From NCBI GenBank assembly GCA_016210325.1, contig JACQUK010000151.1, positions 1 through 51,281 of the forward strand: a stretch of 51,281 bases of DNA, read 5' to 3'. Below, in pieces: positions 43,327-50,440 of the stretch (the stretch's first letter is position 1; every line of letters starts with the position of its first letter). The position numbers were made by a program, and so were the translations under genes. The notes under the pieces were generated by a model. That model made no database searches, had not been told where the DNA came from, and saw only the letters and a list, made by a program, of their open reading frames with translations. Source of the DNA: Chloroflexota bacterium (lineage in GTDB: Bacteria > Chloroflexota > Dehalococcoidia > Lucifugimonadales > HRBIN23).

Positions 43327-44280
43327 ATGACCGTGGTGAACTCGGTGCTGGGGCCGCTGGATACGAGCAAGTTGGGCTTTACCCTGTGCCACGAGCATGT
43401 GGCGGTAAGCTCCGCCGGAATCCCGCAGGTGTACCCGGAGTTCATTGGACCCCAGGGCACGACCGAGCGCGCCGTGGCAGCCCTCCGGGACGCCTACCAG
43501 GAAGGAGTGCGCTCCATTGTGGACCTGAGCACCATGGACCTGGGTAGGGATGTCAGGCTGCTCCAGGAGGTGTCAAGGCGCAGCGGTGTGCAGATCATCG
43601 CGGCCACCGGCACCTGGCGCGACATCCCACGTGCATTCTGGGGGGCTTCTCCGGATGCAGTGGCGGCCCTCTACGTCAGGGAGGTCCAGGAGGGAGTAGA
43701 GGGGACGGGCGTCAGGGCAGGCATCATCAAGGTGGCCAACGACGTGGGCGGCGTGACCCCGGAGGGCGAGATTATCCTGCGGGCGGCGGCCCGTGCCCAG
43801 CGACGTACCGGCGTGCCCATCTCCACTCACACCTATGCTCCCCAGCGGGTGGGGGAGCAGCAGGTCCGCATCTTCGAGGAGGAAGGGGTTGACCTGGACC
43901 GGGTGTGCATAGGCCATAGCAACGACACAACTGACATGGCCTACCTGCTGGGCCTGCTGAAGAAGGGGGTGTGGACTGGCCTGGACCGCTACCCTGGGGG
44001 GCGCACGCCGGACACCCCCAACTGGGAGCAGCGCACCGACACAGTGAGACGTCTCATTGAAGCTGGCTACACCCACCGAGTCCTGCTGTCCCATGACTGG
44101 TCCGTGACACTGGCCATTGTGAGCCAGGAGCAGCAGGAGGCGCGCCACCGGTACAACCCTGATGGCTACCTGTTCATCACCCGCAGGGTGCTGCCCAGGC
44201 TCAGGGAGTTGGGAGTCCCCCCTGAGACCCTGCACCAGATCATGGTGGACAACCCCCGGCGGTTTTTCGAGGGCGGGTAG
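43327..44280 (+). CDS. Phosphotriesterase-related (PTER/Php) amidohydrolase
   Basis: LGFTLCHEHV (HxH), IKVA, STHT, IGHSND, and LSHDW metal-ligand motifs. GAGGAGG at 43313-43319 precedes ATG 43327. Confidence 0.8.
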   Translation: MTVVNSVLGPLDTSKLGFTLCHEHVAVSSAGIPQVYPEFIGPQGTTERAVAALRDAYQEGVRSIVDLSTMDLGRDVRLLQEVSRRSGVQIIAATGTWRDIPRAFWGASPDAVAALYVREVQEGVEGTGVRAGIIKVANDVGGVTPEGEIILRAAARAQRRTGVPISTHTYAPQRVGEQQVRIFEEEGVDLDRVCIGHSNDTTDMAYLLGLLKKGVWTGLDRYPGGRTPDTPNWEQRTDTVRRLIEAGYTHRVLLSHDWSVTLAIVSQEQQEARHRYNPDGYLFITRRVLPRLRELGVPPETLHQIMVDNPRRFFEGG

Positions 44281-44326
44281 CCTACAGCGGCCGTGTCACT
44301 GGTGGGCGGTCTGTGGGCGAAGTAGG

Positions 44327-44366
44327 AGGCCGGCCACGCGAGGGCACCGGCCTATCCTTGTCCTCT
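44327..44366 (+). terminator. Hairpin plus T-rich tract after the phosphotriesterase-like gene
   Basis: AGGCCGG (44327-44333) pairs with CCGGCCT (44347-44353), followed by ATCCTTGTCCTCTTT. Confidence 0.4.
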
Positions 44367-44505
44367 TTGTGAATGACACGACTGTCCTACGCCGAGAGTT
44401 GCCAAACTCTCTCTCAAGAGGACATACTCATCTCCGTTACACTCAGTATCCTTGGCGACAGCTTGCTGCGATGGGCCTGCCGGGACACACCGCCAGGAGG
44501 ATCTC

Positions 44506-44760
44506 ATGAAGCCCACGAACTGGCTGCTGTTCACAACTGTGACTGTCCTCATGATTCTCGCCATGGCTTGTGGCACACCAACCCCAACGCCAACTCCGAC
44601 CGCAACTCCTTCGCCAACCCCTACTCCACCGCCACCATCCACTGTTGCCACGAAGCTCGATGAAAGCTACGGGACTGCGCCGACGGCTGGATGGAAATGG
44701 GGCGTCGCAGACATTACGACAGGACCAGAGGAGCGGACGGAGGACACTAGCAGTCACTGA
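44506..44760 (+). CDS. Lipoprotein N-terminal fragment (signal peptide, Pro/Thr linker) ending at an in-frame TGA
   Basis: AGGAGG at 44493-44498, lipobox ILAMAC, and a (TP)n linker. The stop TGA 44758-44760 is in the same frame as the downstream cupin ORF. Confidence 0.5.
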   Translation: MKPTNWLLFTTVTVLMILAMACGTPTPTPTPTATPSPTPTPPPPSTVATKLDESYGTAPTAGWKWGVADITTGPEERTEDTSSH

Positions 44761-44823
44761 TTCGCATGGATTTTTTATGTCGATCGTGGTTCCACCGAAA
44801 TCGGCACTGCCACTGGAAAGAAG

Positions 44824-45225
44824 GTGCTTACCGCCGGTGAGGCAGCGATACTACCAGCGCGACAAGACCATACCCACCGCTTCCTTCCACAAAGTCGGGT
44901 TCTTGTTTTCCGCCCTGCTGACCGTCCATTTGGCGAGTTTCATCGGGGAATGCGGCTTTACGAGTCCGATACAGCGTTGCCACTCACAGCAGGACAGGAT
45001 TACAAAGTAAGGATAAAAGAGCACACGCTTTCCCCAGGGTCGGCGAGTATTACTGTAGATGCTAACTTCGGGTACGTCATTGAGGGAACTCTCACCGTTC
45101 GCGCCGGCGACGCCGTGACTACCCAGCAGGCAAGCAACGCCTTCGGATTGCCCTCAAATGTGCGCCAAGTCCTGAGCAATGGAGGAGCCACGCCAGTGCG
45201 TTTCATCTTGGTGGACTTGCACTAG
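44824..45225 (+). CDS. Cupin-fold protein (possibly the C-terminal part of a disrupted lipoprotein bicupin)
   Basis: Cupin-like strands GEAAILPARQDHTHRF and FGYVIEGTLTVRAGD...ATPVRFILVDL. The GTG 44824 start would truncate a barrel that continues in frame upstream (FAWIFYVDRGSTEIG...). Confidence 0.55.
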   Translation: MLTAGEAAILPARQDHTHRFLPQSRVLVFRPADRPFGEFHRGMRLYESDTALPLTAGQDYKVRIKEHTLSPGSASITVDANFGYVIEGTLTVRAGDAVTTQQASNAFGLPSNVRQVLSNGGATPVRFILVDLH

Positions 45226-45353
45226 CTAGTAACACTTATGGTTTCGGATAGAGGTGCTCCAGTTTTATGCGCGCATTGGCGGTGAAGAAGTGCCAGTGAT
45301 GCTGGACTGGTGGTTGTTCCGGTAGACCCCGGTAGCGACGCAGCGCGAAAGGC

Positions 45354-46181
45354 CTACACCGTTGCCAGGATGGCCAAGCCAAGGACTACCACACCTGTGC
45401 CAAGGCCCAGCCGGACGCCTTCGCGGTGGTGCAGGTTCCAGTGGGCCAGCCGGTTGAGGGCGGGCCGTGCTGAGACCGCAGCCAGAATGGCCACCAGCGG
45501 AACAATGAACATTACGTTGTACAAGACCAGGTAAAGATAGGACCGGACAAAGTTGTCCTGCAACGCCAGCATACTCAGGATGGCCAGGTACACCGCGCCG
45601 CTGCACGGCACGGTACACAGGCCCACCAGGATTCCCAGGCCAAACATGGCGGTGAGCGTGGCGCGCTGGCTCCACTCTTTGAGCAGGTTACCTACGAATG
45701 ACGGTGCCCTGAGACGCGGACCCCACCCGGGCAGCAGCGAGTCCTTCACCATCCAGAGCCCCAGGAACACCGAGGCCAGGGCCCCCAACCGAGCGCCCAC
45801 GTGGTTCTGGGTCAGGACGGTTGATGCCCGTAGTAGTCCGGTGCCCAGGGTTAGGTAGGTGGCGAAGATGGCCAGGACGAAAGCTCCCCCGAAGAGCAGC
45901 AACCTGGTGCGCATGGCACCTATGGGCGCTTCACCCACACCGCGGTACATGGAGGCCAGGGTTGCCGCGAACAAGAGGAGCACCGTGAAGGCACAGGGAT
46001 TGATGCCGTCCAGCAGCCCCGCGGTCACCACCGTGGGCAGCGCAACGGACGTTGATGACAGGGGGCCAGCGGGCCCTGAGTACAGGCTGGTAGGTGCCTT
46101 CAGGACACCGGCCGCGAGGCCAATGGTGAGGGCCAGGACGGCTGGAAACGCAACCGCGAAGATCAGTTTCCGGCGGGCCAC
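45354..46181 (-). CDS. ccdA: CcdA/DsbD-like thiol-disulfide electron transporter (cytochrome c biogenesis TM family)
   Basis: Polytopic, with the two conserved Cys-containing helices GINPCAFTVLL and LCTVPCSGAVYL. GTG start. Confidence 0.8.
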   Translation of the reverse strand: MARRKLIFAVAFPAVLALTIGLAAGVLKAPTSLYSGPAGPLSSTSVALPTVVTAGLLDGINPCAFTVLLLFAATLASMYRGVGEAPIGAMRTRLLLFGGAFVLAIFATYLTLGTGLLRASTVLTQNHVGARLGALASVFLGLWMVKDSLLPGWGPRLRAPSFVGNLLKEWSQRATLTAMFGLGILVGLCTVPCSGAVYLAILSMLALQDNFVRSYLYLVLYNVMFIVPLVAILAAVSARPALNRLAHWNLHHREGVRLGLGTGVVVLGLAILATV

Positions 46182-46183
46182 GC

Positions 46184-46663
46184 TTAGCTCCTGACTTCCA
46201 ACGTGCCCTGCATGTACGGGTTCTCTCGCCCACCGCAGCAGATGTCGCAGTAGAACTGGAACGTGCCGCTCTTGGTGGGCGTGAAGGTAAACTCCTGGGT
46301 CTTGAGCGGACCGACCTTCCAGTCGATCCCCAGCTCGTCACTGGCAAGCTGGTGCCAGCCACCGCCGTCGGTGTGGAACCCGTTGTCCCTGTTCACCAGG
46401 CGCAGTGTCACCGTCTCTCCCACCCTGGCCTCAACGCGGGAGGGGTCAAAGCCCCCCATAGAGAGCTGCACGGGGATGGCGCCTGGCGTGGCGCTGGTGC
46501 TAGACCTGAACGCGGGCCAGAGGAAGAATGCGGCCGCGGCCAGGACAACAACGGTGAGCGTGCCAAAGGCGATGATGCGTCCTCGCCCCGGAGACCCGCG
46601 GTGCCCTGTTTTCTTGCGCTGGCCCTTTTGCCGTGCTTTTGCGTGTGGTCTGGGTCTCGTCAT
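46184..46663 (-). CDS. Membrane-anchored cupredoxin-like domain protein
   Basis: Basic N-terminus plus a TM anchor, then the cupredoxin_1-like VGETVTLRLVNRDNGFH...GTFQFYCDICCGGRENPYMQGTLEV. Confidence 0.65.
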   Translation of the reverse strand: MTRPRPHAKARQKGQRKKTGHRGSPGRGRIIAFGTLTVVVLAAAAFFLWPAFRSSTSATPGAIPVQLSMGGFDPSRVEARVGETVTLRLVNRDNGFHTDGGGWHQLASDELGIDWKVGPLKTQEFTFTPTKSGTFQFYCDICCGGRENPYMQGTLEVRS

Positions 46664-46677
46664 GGTGCTTCTCGCTT

Positions 46678-46920
46678 TCAGTCCCCTGCCGTCGAGGGCT
46701 GGCCCGCCGCCTCGTCCATCCATGCTTTCCAGTCCAACTCCTTGGCGCGGAAACGCCAGCGCAGCGTTTTCACCGGCTCCGTGGGGTCATCGCTGCGGAC
46801 ATCCACAGCAAAAACGTGTTCCGAGTCCATTCCCTGGTGCATGCCCATAAAGAGCGGCATCTCCAGCACCGTGCTCTCTCCAGGTCTCAGGGTGGTCGCA
46901 CCGACCACCGCCTGGGGTGG
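46678..46920 (-). other. In-frame continuation of the DUF1573-like lipoprotein after TGA 46921-46923 (Sec/readthrough extension or pseudogene remnant)
   Basis: Same frame as 46921..47553. It encodes PPQAVVGATTLRPGESTVLEMPLF...HVFAVDVRSDDPTEPVKTLRWRF, which aligns with the second half of repeat 1 (...HRLAVHVQSDDPTRPVADLSMRF). Confidence 0.6.
46888..46914 (-). promoter_or_regulatory. SECIS-like stem-loop downstream of the in-frame UGA
   Basis: mRNA reads UGA-CCACCC-CAG-GC-GGUGGUC-GGUGC-GACCACC-CUG. It has a 7-bp perfect stem plus a 3-bp lower stem with a 2-nt bulge. The apical loop starts with GG, 21 nt after the U of UGA. Confidence 0.4.
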
Positions 46921-47553
46921 TCAGCATCCCTGTTCGACCCGCACCAGCGGCACCCCCTCCAGGACCAGCGGCGCATCGCCGTCGTTGCGCAGCGTGAACT
47001 GCTCGTACATGGGCCAGTCGTAGGGCACCACGCCCACGTCAATGGTCTCCTTGTCTACGCGCAGCCGGGGCCCACGCTCCTGCGATGTGGCGCCAGCCAC
47101 TACCGTAAATCGCATGGAGAGGTCAGCCACGGGCCTGGTGGGATCGTCTGACTGTACGTGCACTGCCAGGCGGTGGGGACCAAGCTCCTGGTGCTGGCCC
47201 AGCTTGATGGGCAGCACAGCCACTTTCCCAGAATCTATCTTGAGGTCTCTTGTGGCTGTGGATGCGCCTTCACATCCCTGTTGCGTCTCGACATCCACCG
47301 AGCTTATCTGAAGCGGCTTCTCGCCCCGGTTCACCACCAGGAACGTCTCTACTCCTTGCTGGTCCTGCGGCACAGTGCCCAGGTCTACCTGAAGCTTGTC
47401 AAAGGTGATGGCGGGAGCACCACGCACCAGGTCTTCGGCTCTCACGGACGGGGGAGTCGCCGATGGAGGCGGTCCGGATGTGCACGCGGCAGCCAGGGCC
47501 GCAAGGACAGCCACGGCCAAAGCGAGCAGGGCCTTGACCACACGACTCTTCAT
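46921..47553 (-). CDS. Tandem DUF1573-like lipoprotein, portion upstream of the in-frame TGA
   Basis: Lipobox LAAAC and a Pro-rich linker, followed by repeat 1 complete and repeat 2 interrupted at ...VRVEQGC-TGA. The ATG overlaps the lgt stop (ATGA). Confidence 0.7.
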   Translation of the reverse strand: MKSRVVKALLALAVAVLAALAAACTSGPPPSATPPSVRAEDLVRGAPAITFDKLQVDLGTVPQDQQGVETFLVVNRGEKPLQISSVDVETQQGCEGASTATRDLKIDSGKVAVLPIKLGQHQELGPHRLAVHVQSDDPTRPVADLSMRFTVVAGATSQERGPRLRVDKETIDVGVVPYDWPMYEQFTLRNDGDAPLVLEGVPLVRVEQGC

Positions 47554-48362
47554 CCTCTGCGCACCATCGCCCGCCCTTTGGACAGCGGTGCCTTGGTCAG
47601 GAGGGTGCCTCCGACCACCGCCAGCGCCAGAGCTACCAGCGCTATGACCTGGGCCTGCTGGAGGTCCCACAAGACGGCCGCCTCCTGACGGACAAAGGTC
47701 AGGACAAAGCGTCCCAGAGCGTAGCCGCCAACGTAGGCCAGGAAAAGCAGCCCTTGCGGCAGCGGCCGCCGACGGAGAAGCAGCAGCAGGCCCAGCAGCG
47801 CCAGGTCCCACAAGACCTCGTACACTGGGTAGGGGTGCGTTGGCACGCCCTTCAGCGCCTCCGGAATCATGGCACCTGGGTTAATGTAGGTGAACCCCCA
47901 CGGCATTCCTGTGGGGCCGCCGTAGGCGTCGCCATTGATGATGCACCCGATGCGCCCCAGCATCTGGCCGGCGATAAGGCCGATGGGTGTTGCATCGGCC
48001 AGCTTGGCAATGGGCAAGCCCTCCCGGTAGGCTACATAGGCTGCTGCCAGCCCGCCGACAAGGATTCCTCCCCAGATGGCCAGGCCGCCCTGATTGAGCA
48101 TGAGGATTTGGTATGGGTTGGCCAGGTAGTAGCTGAGCTTGTCTACGATATGAAAGAGGCGCGCACCCACCAGCCCGGCCAAGACCGACCACAGGGCCAC
48201 GTTGGTGACTTTCCCAGTGTCCAGCCCCCGGCGACGCGCCTCGCGCAGGACCAGCAGCACCGCTACCAAGACGCCGGCAGCAAAGGTCAGGCTGTACCAC
48301 CGCAGGGCGAACCCGCCCAGGTGGGCGATCACCGGGTCTACGTTGATGGTGATGCCGCTCAT
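47550..48362 (-). CDS. lgt: Prolipoprotein diacylglyceryl transferase
   Basis: LRWYSLTFAAG, GARLFH, GGLAIWGG, and GRIGCIINGD, typical Lgt motifs and topology. Confidence 0.9.
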   Translation of the reverse strand: MSGITINVDPVIAHLGGFALRWYSLTFAAGVLVAVLLVLREARRRGLDTGKVTNVALWSVLAGLVGARLFHIVDKLSYYLANPYQILMLNQGGLAIWGGILVGGLAAAYVAYREGLPIAKLADATPIGLIAGQMLGRIGCIINGDAYGGPTGMPWGFTYINPGAMIPEALKGVPTHPYPVYEVLWDLALLGLLLLLRRRPLPQGLLFLAYVGGYALGRFVLTFVRQEAAVLWDLQQAQVIALVALALAVVGGTLLTKAPLSKGRAMVRRG

Positions 48363-48414
48363 GGCCGTAGCTCCGGGTCGTGCTGCGCTGCGGCTTCTGG
48401 CTGCATTGGTCTGT

Positions 48415-48756
48415 TCATGCTGGCCTTTCAGACAAAGCGGTCGGCGTATGCTGCAATGCGGACTCGCTGCGGACGTCGAAGCCCATCCGCCGGGCCGCAG
48501 GGTGGTACAGCGACACCGTGACCTCAGTCACCAGCTCGTAGGGCAGGAAGACCAGGTCCATGTCGTCGCAGGTCTCCGCGTCCCGGAAGGACTGGACGGC
48601 GAACCACGACTCCGCCAGGTGCACGATGTGGCACAGGTCCAGGGTCCTGCCGTTGGCCAGGTACAGATTGACCACCGGCACGGAGTCAGGCCGTCCGTGG
48701 CACTCTTTCGTCACTCGCTCCGGCAGAACGCTCCGATAGAACTCGGCGTCGAACAT
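48415..48756 (-). CDS. Hypothetical small cytoplasmic protein
   Basis: ORF trimmed to ATG 48754-48756 (MFDAEFYRS...). No motif recognised. Confidence 0.4.
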   Translation of the reverse strand: MFDAEFYRSVLPERVTKECHGRPDSVPVVNLYLANGRTLDLCHIVHLAESWFAVQSFRDAETCDDMDLVFLPYELVTEVTVSLYHPAARRMGFDVRSESALQHTPTALSERPA

Positions 48757-48785
48757 GCGGCTCCTTCTCGGCCCTGGCAGAGGAG

Positions 48786-49163
48786 CTACCACCCGCCCAT
48801 CATGCCCGAGCGCCCGCCCATCATACCGGACCGTCCACTCCCGCCCATCATGCCAGTGCCCGTTTGCCCCATCATGGAACCCTGTCCCTGGCCCCCCATG
48901 TGGGCGCCCATGTTGGCATGGTGTCCGTCGCTCATGTGCCCCTGCATGGCCTGCCAGTCCTCTTCGGTGATGGACCCCATGGCGTCACCCATCGCCTGGG
49001 TGTCGCCTGCCACACACGCCGCGTGCATGGCCGCATACGCGTCGGGCTTGGGCTCGTCCGCCTGCTTTGAGGGTGCAGCCCAGACCGGCAGGGAAAAGAG
49101 CACCCCTGCGAGCACAAAGGCCAAGCCTGTCCCCCCTAGCCACCAGAACCGGTACGTTTTCAT
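48786..49163 (-). CDS. Secreted Met/His/Gly-rich protein (putative Cu(I)-binding)
   Basis: AAGGAGG RBS and the signal peptide WWLGGTGLAFVLAGVLFSLPVWAAP. Followed by MHAAC, QAMQGHMSDGHHANMGAHMGG, and repeated GMMGG at the C-terminus. Confidence 0.6.
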   Translation of the reverse strand: MKTYRFWWLGGTGLAFVLAGVLFSLPVWAAPSKQADEPKPDAYAAMHAACVAGDTQAMGDAMGSITEEDWQAMQGHMSDGHHANMGAHMGGQGQGSMMGQTGTGMMGGSGRSGMMGGRSGMMGGW

Positions 49164-49363
49164 GCCTGCCTCCTTTGCATAGGGTTTCGTTCGTTGATAC
49201 GTCATGGTGTCGAGGCAACGTGCTGCGCCAGAGTAGTACCTCCTTGCTGAAAAGGGCGCCGTAATTAACCGCTCGTGGTGAGCCTGTCGAACCATGAGCG
49301 GAAGGCCGCTGGACCCGCTCGCCCTTCGAGAGCCTCAGGGTGAGCGGACAATGTCAACAGAAC

Positions 49364-49873
49364 CTAGAACTCCCATACGAACTCCCGCTGGGGCACGCTC
49401 GCTATCCCTTTCAACGTCAGCCTGGCTCTGGCCTTCTGCGTCTCCCACATCCCGTTGCTCTCCCCGGCAAAGGCCAGCACACCTTCTCGATGGTGGCTGT
49501 CCCCGTTGATGCTGATCCAGGCCGCCGCGTTGGTCTCCGCGCCATCGGGCTTGCTGAGCGTTGCAATGCGTGCCAGGTTGTACTGGGAAAGGTCCACCGA
49601 GTGGGTGTCCAGCTTCAGGTGGACCAGGGTGTAGCGGTCAGGAGGATAGTCTTTGAAGGTGTTCGCGGGCATTCCTTGAAGGTGCGACGGGGACCCCCAG
49701 ATGGCCTCAACCGTGACGCCGCCCTGGCCCCCGTCCACACGTGCCAGGCTCCCCGCCGTCTCTCCCTGTCCGGTATCCTGGGCTGCGCCTGACGACCCGC
49801 ACGCGATGGTGACCACTCCTACAACGACGACTGCGAAAACGGCGAGGACGCCCTTCCAGTGGACAGCGCTCAA
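49364..49873 (-). CDS. Hypothetical lipoprotein
   Basis: Lipobox VTIACG. The TTG start overlaps the upstream stop. The mature part is beta-rich and contains HLQGM and DSHHREG. Confidence 0.55.
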   Translation of the reverse strand: MSAVHWKGVLAVFAVVVVGVVTIACGSSGAAQDTGQGETAGSLARVDGGQGGVTVEAIWGSPSHLQGMPANTFKDYPPDRYTLVHLKLDTHSVDLSQYNLARIATLSKPDGAETNAAAWISINGDSHHREGVLAFAGESNGMWETQKARARLTLKGIASVPQREFVWEF

Positions 49874-50370
49874 GGCGGTGTTACCTCCGTTGCGATGTGT
49901 GATGCCATGGCGCGCAGGTGCGCCCGGCCCCCGAGCACTACTCTTACCATAATGGCGATGCCCATCGCGTTGACGACCAGCCCCGCCACCATGAATGGTA
50001 TGCGGTACTGATTGAGGAAGATGGCAGCGCCGGACAGACCCAAGACCGGCAGTACGTCAGCTACGTGGTGGAGGCAGCAGGCCACCATAGCCATGGATGA
50101 TGCACCAGTGCCCATCCCCGTTGTCGCCGTAGGCACGGCCAGACGGACCCCGTGGTGTACCACAAGGCGAAGGTAGCTATACAGGCCAATCTGGATGCCG
50201 AAGCCGGCCGCTATGGCGGCCACAAAGGCCCGGTCCTGGGAGAGAAGCTCCAGCGCGTGGTCTATGCCCTGGGCCCAGGTGACGGTCCCCAGGTACAGCA
50301 GTACCAGTGCTCCCGCGCCGGCCAGCCCCAGGATGAGGGGCAGGATACGTCTAACGGGGCTGGGCCTCAT
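49870..50370 (-). CDS. Four-TM membrane protein with intramembrane CCxHH motif
   Basis: ATG 50370 (MRPSPVRRILPLILGL...). About four hydrophobic helices, plus VVHHG and MAMVACCLHHVADVLP. Confidence 0.55.
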   Translation of the reverse strand: MRPSPVRRILPLILGLAGAGALVLLYLGTVTWAQGIDHALELLSQDRAFVAAIAAGFGIQIGLYSYLRLVVHHGVRLAVPTATTGMGTGASSMAMVACCLHHVADVLPVLGLSGAAIFLNQYRIPFMVAGLVVNAMGIAIMVRVVLGGRAHLRAMASHIATEVTPP

Positions 50371-50440
50371 GAATGCTAGCCCCGCGTTCCCCGGTGCGGC
50401 ATGGCACGCTGCTTGCTGGTCCATGCGTCCCGCTCCTTGC

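Noticed and set aside
44575-44645. Short periodic DNA repeats (ccaacgccaactccgaccgcaactcc...) that could be mistaken for a tandem repeat or CRISPR-like array. A similar stretch lies at 38590-38700.
   Set aside because: They are in frame within lipoprotein genes and encode Thr/Pro/Ala linkers. No spacer-repeat architecture is present.
44570-45010. 146-aa alternative-frame ORF across the lipoprotein/cupin junction
   Set aside because: Its product has no motifs, a different frame carries both the lipobox and the cupin strands, and it has no RBS.
44758-46923. Genome-wide reassignment of TGA (genetic code 4 or 25) as an explanation for the two in-frame TGAs
   Set aside because: Many well-supported genes in this window terminate cleanly at TGA exactly where homology ends (for example 1117-1119, 1998-2000, 3084-3086, and the TGA stops of lgt and the DUF1573 extension). 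The high GC content is also unlike known recoded lineages.
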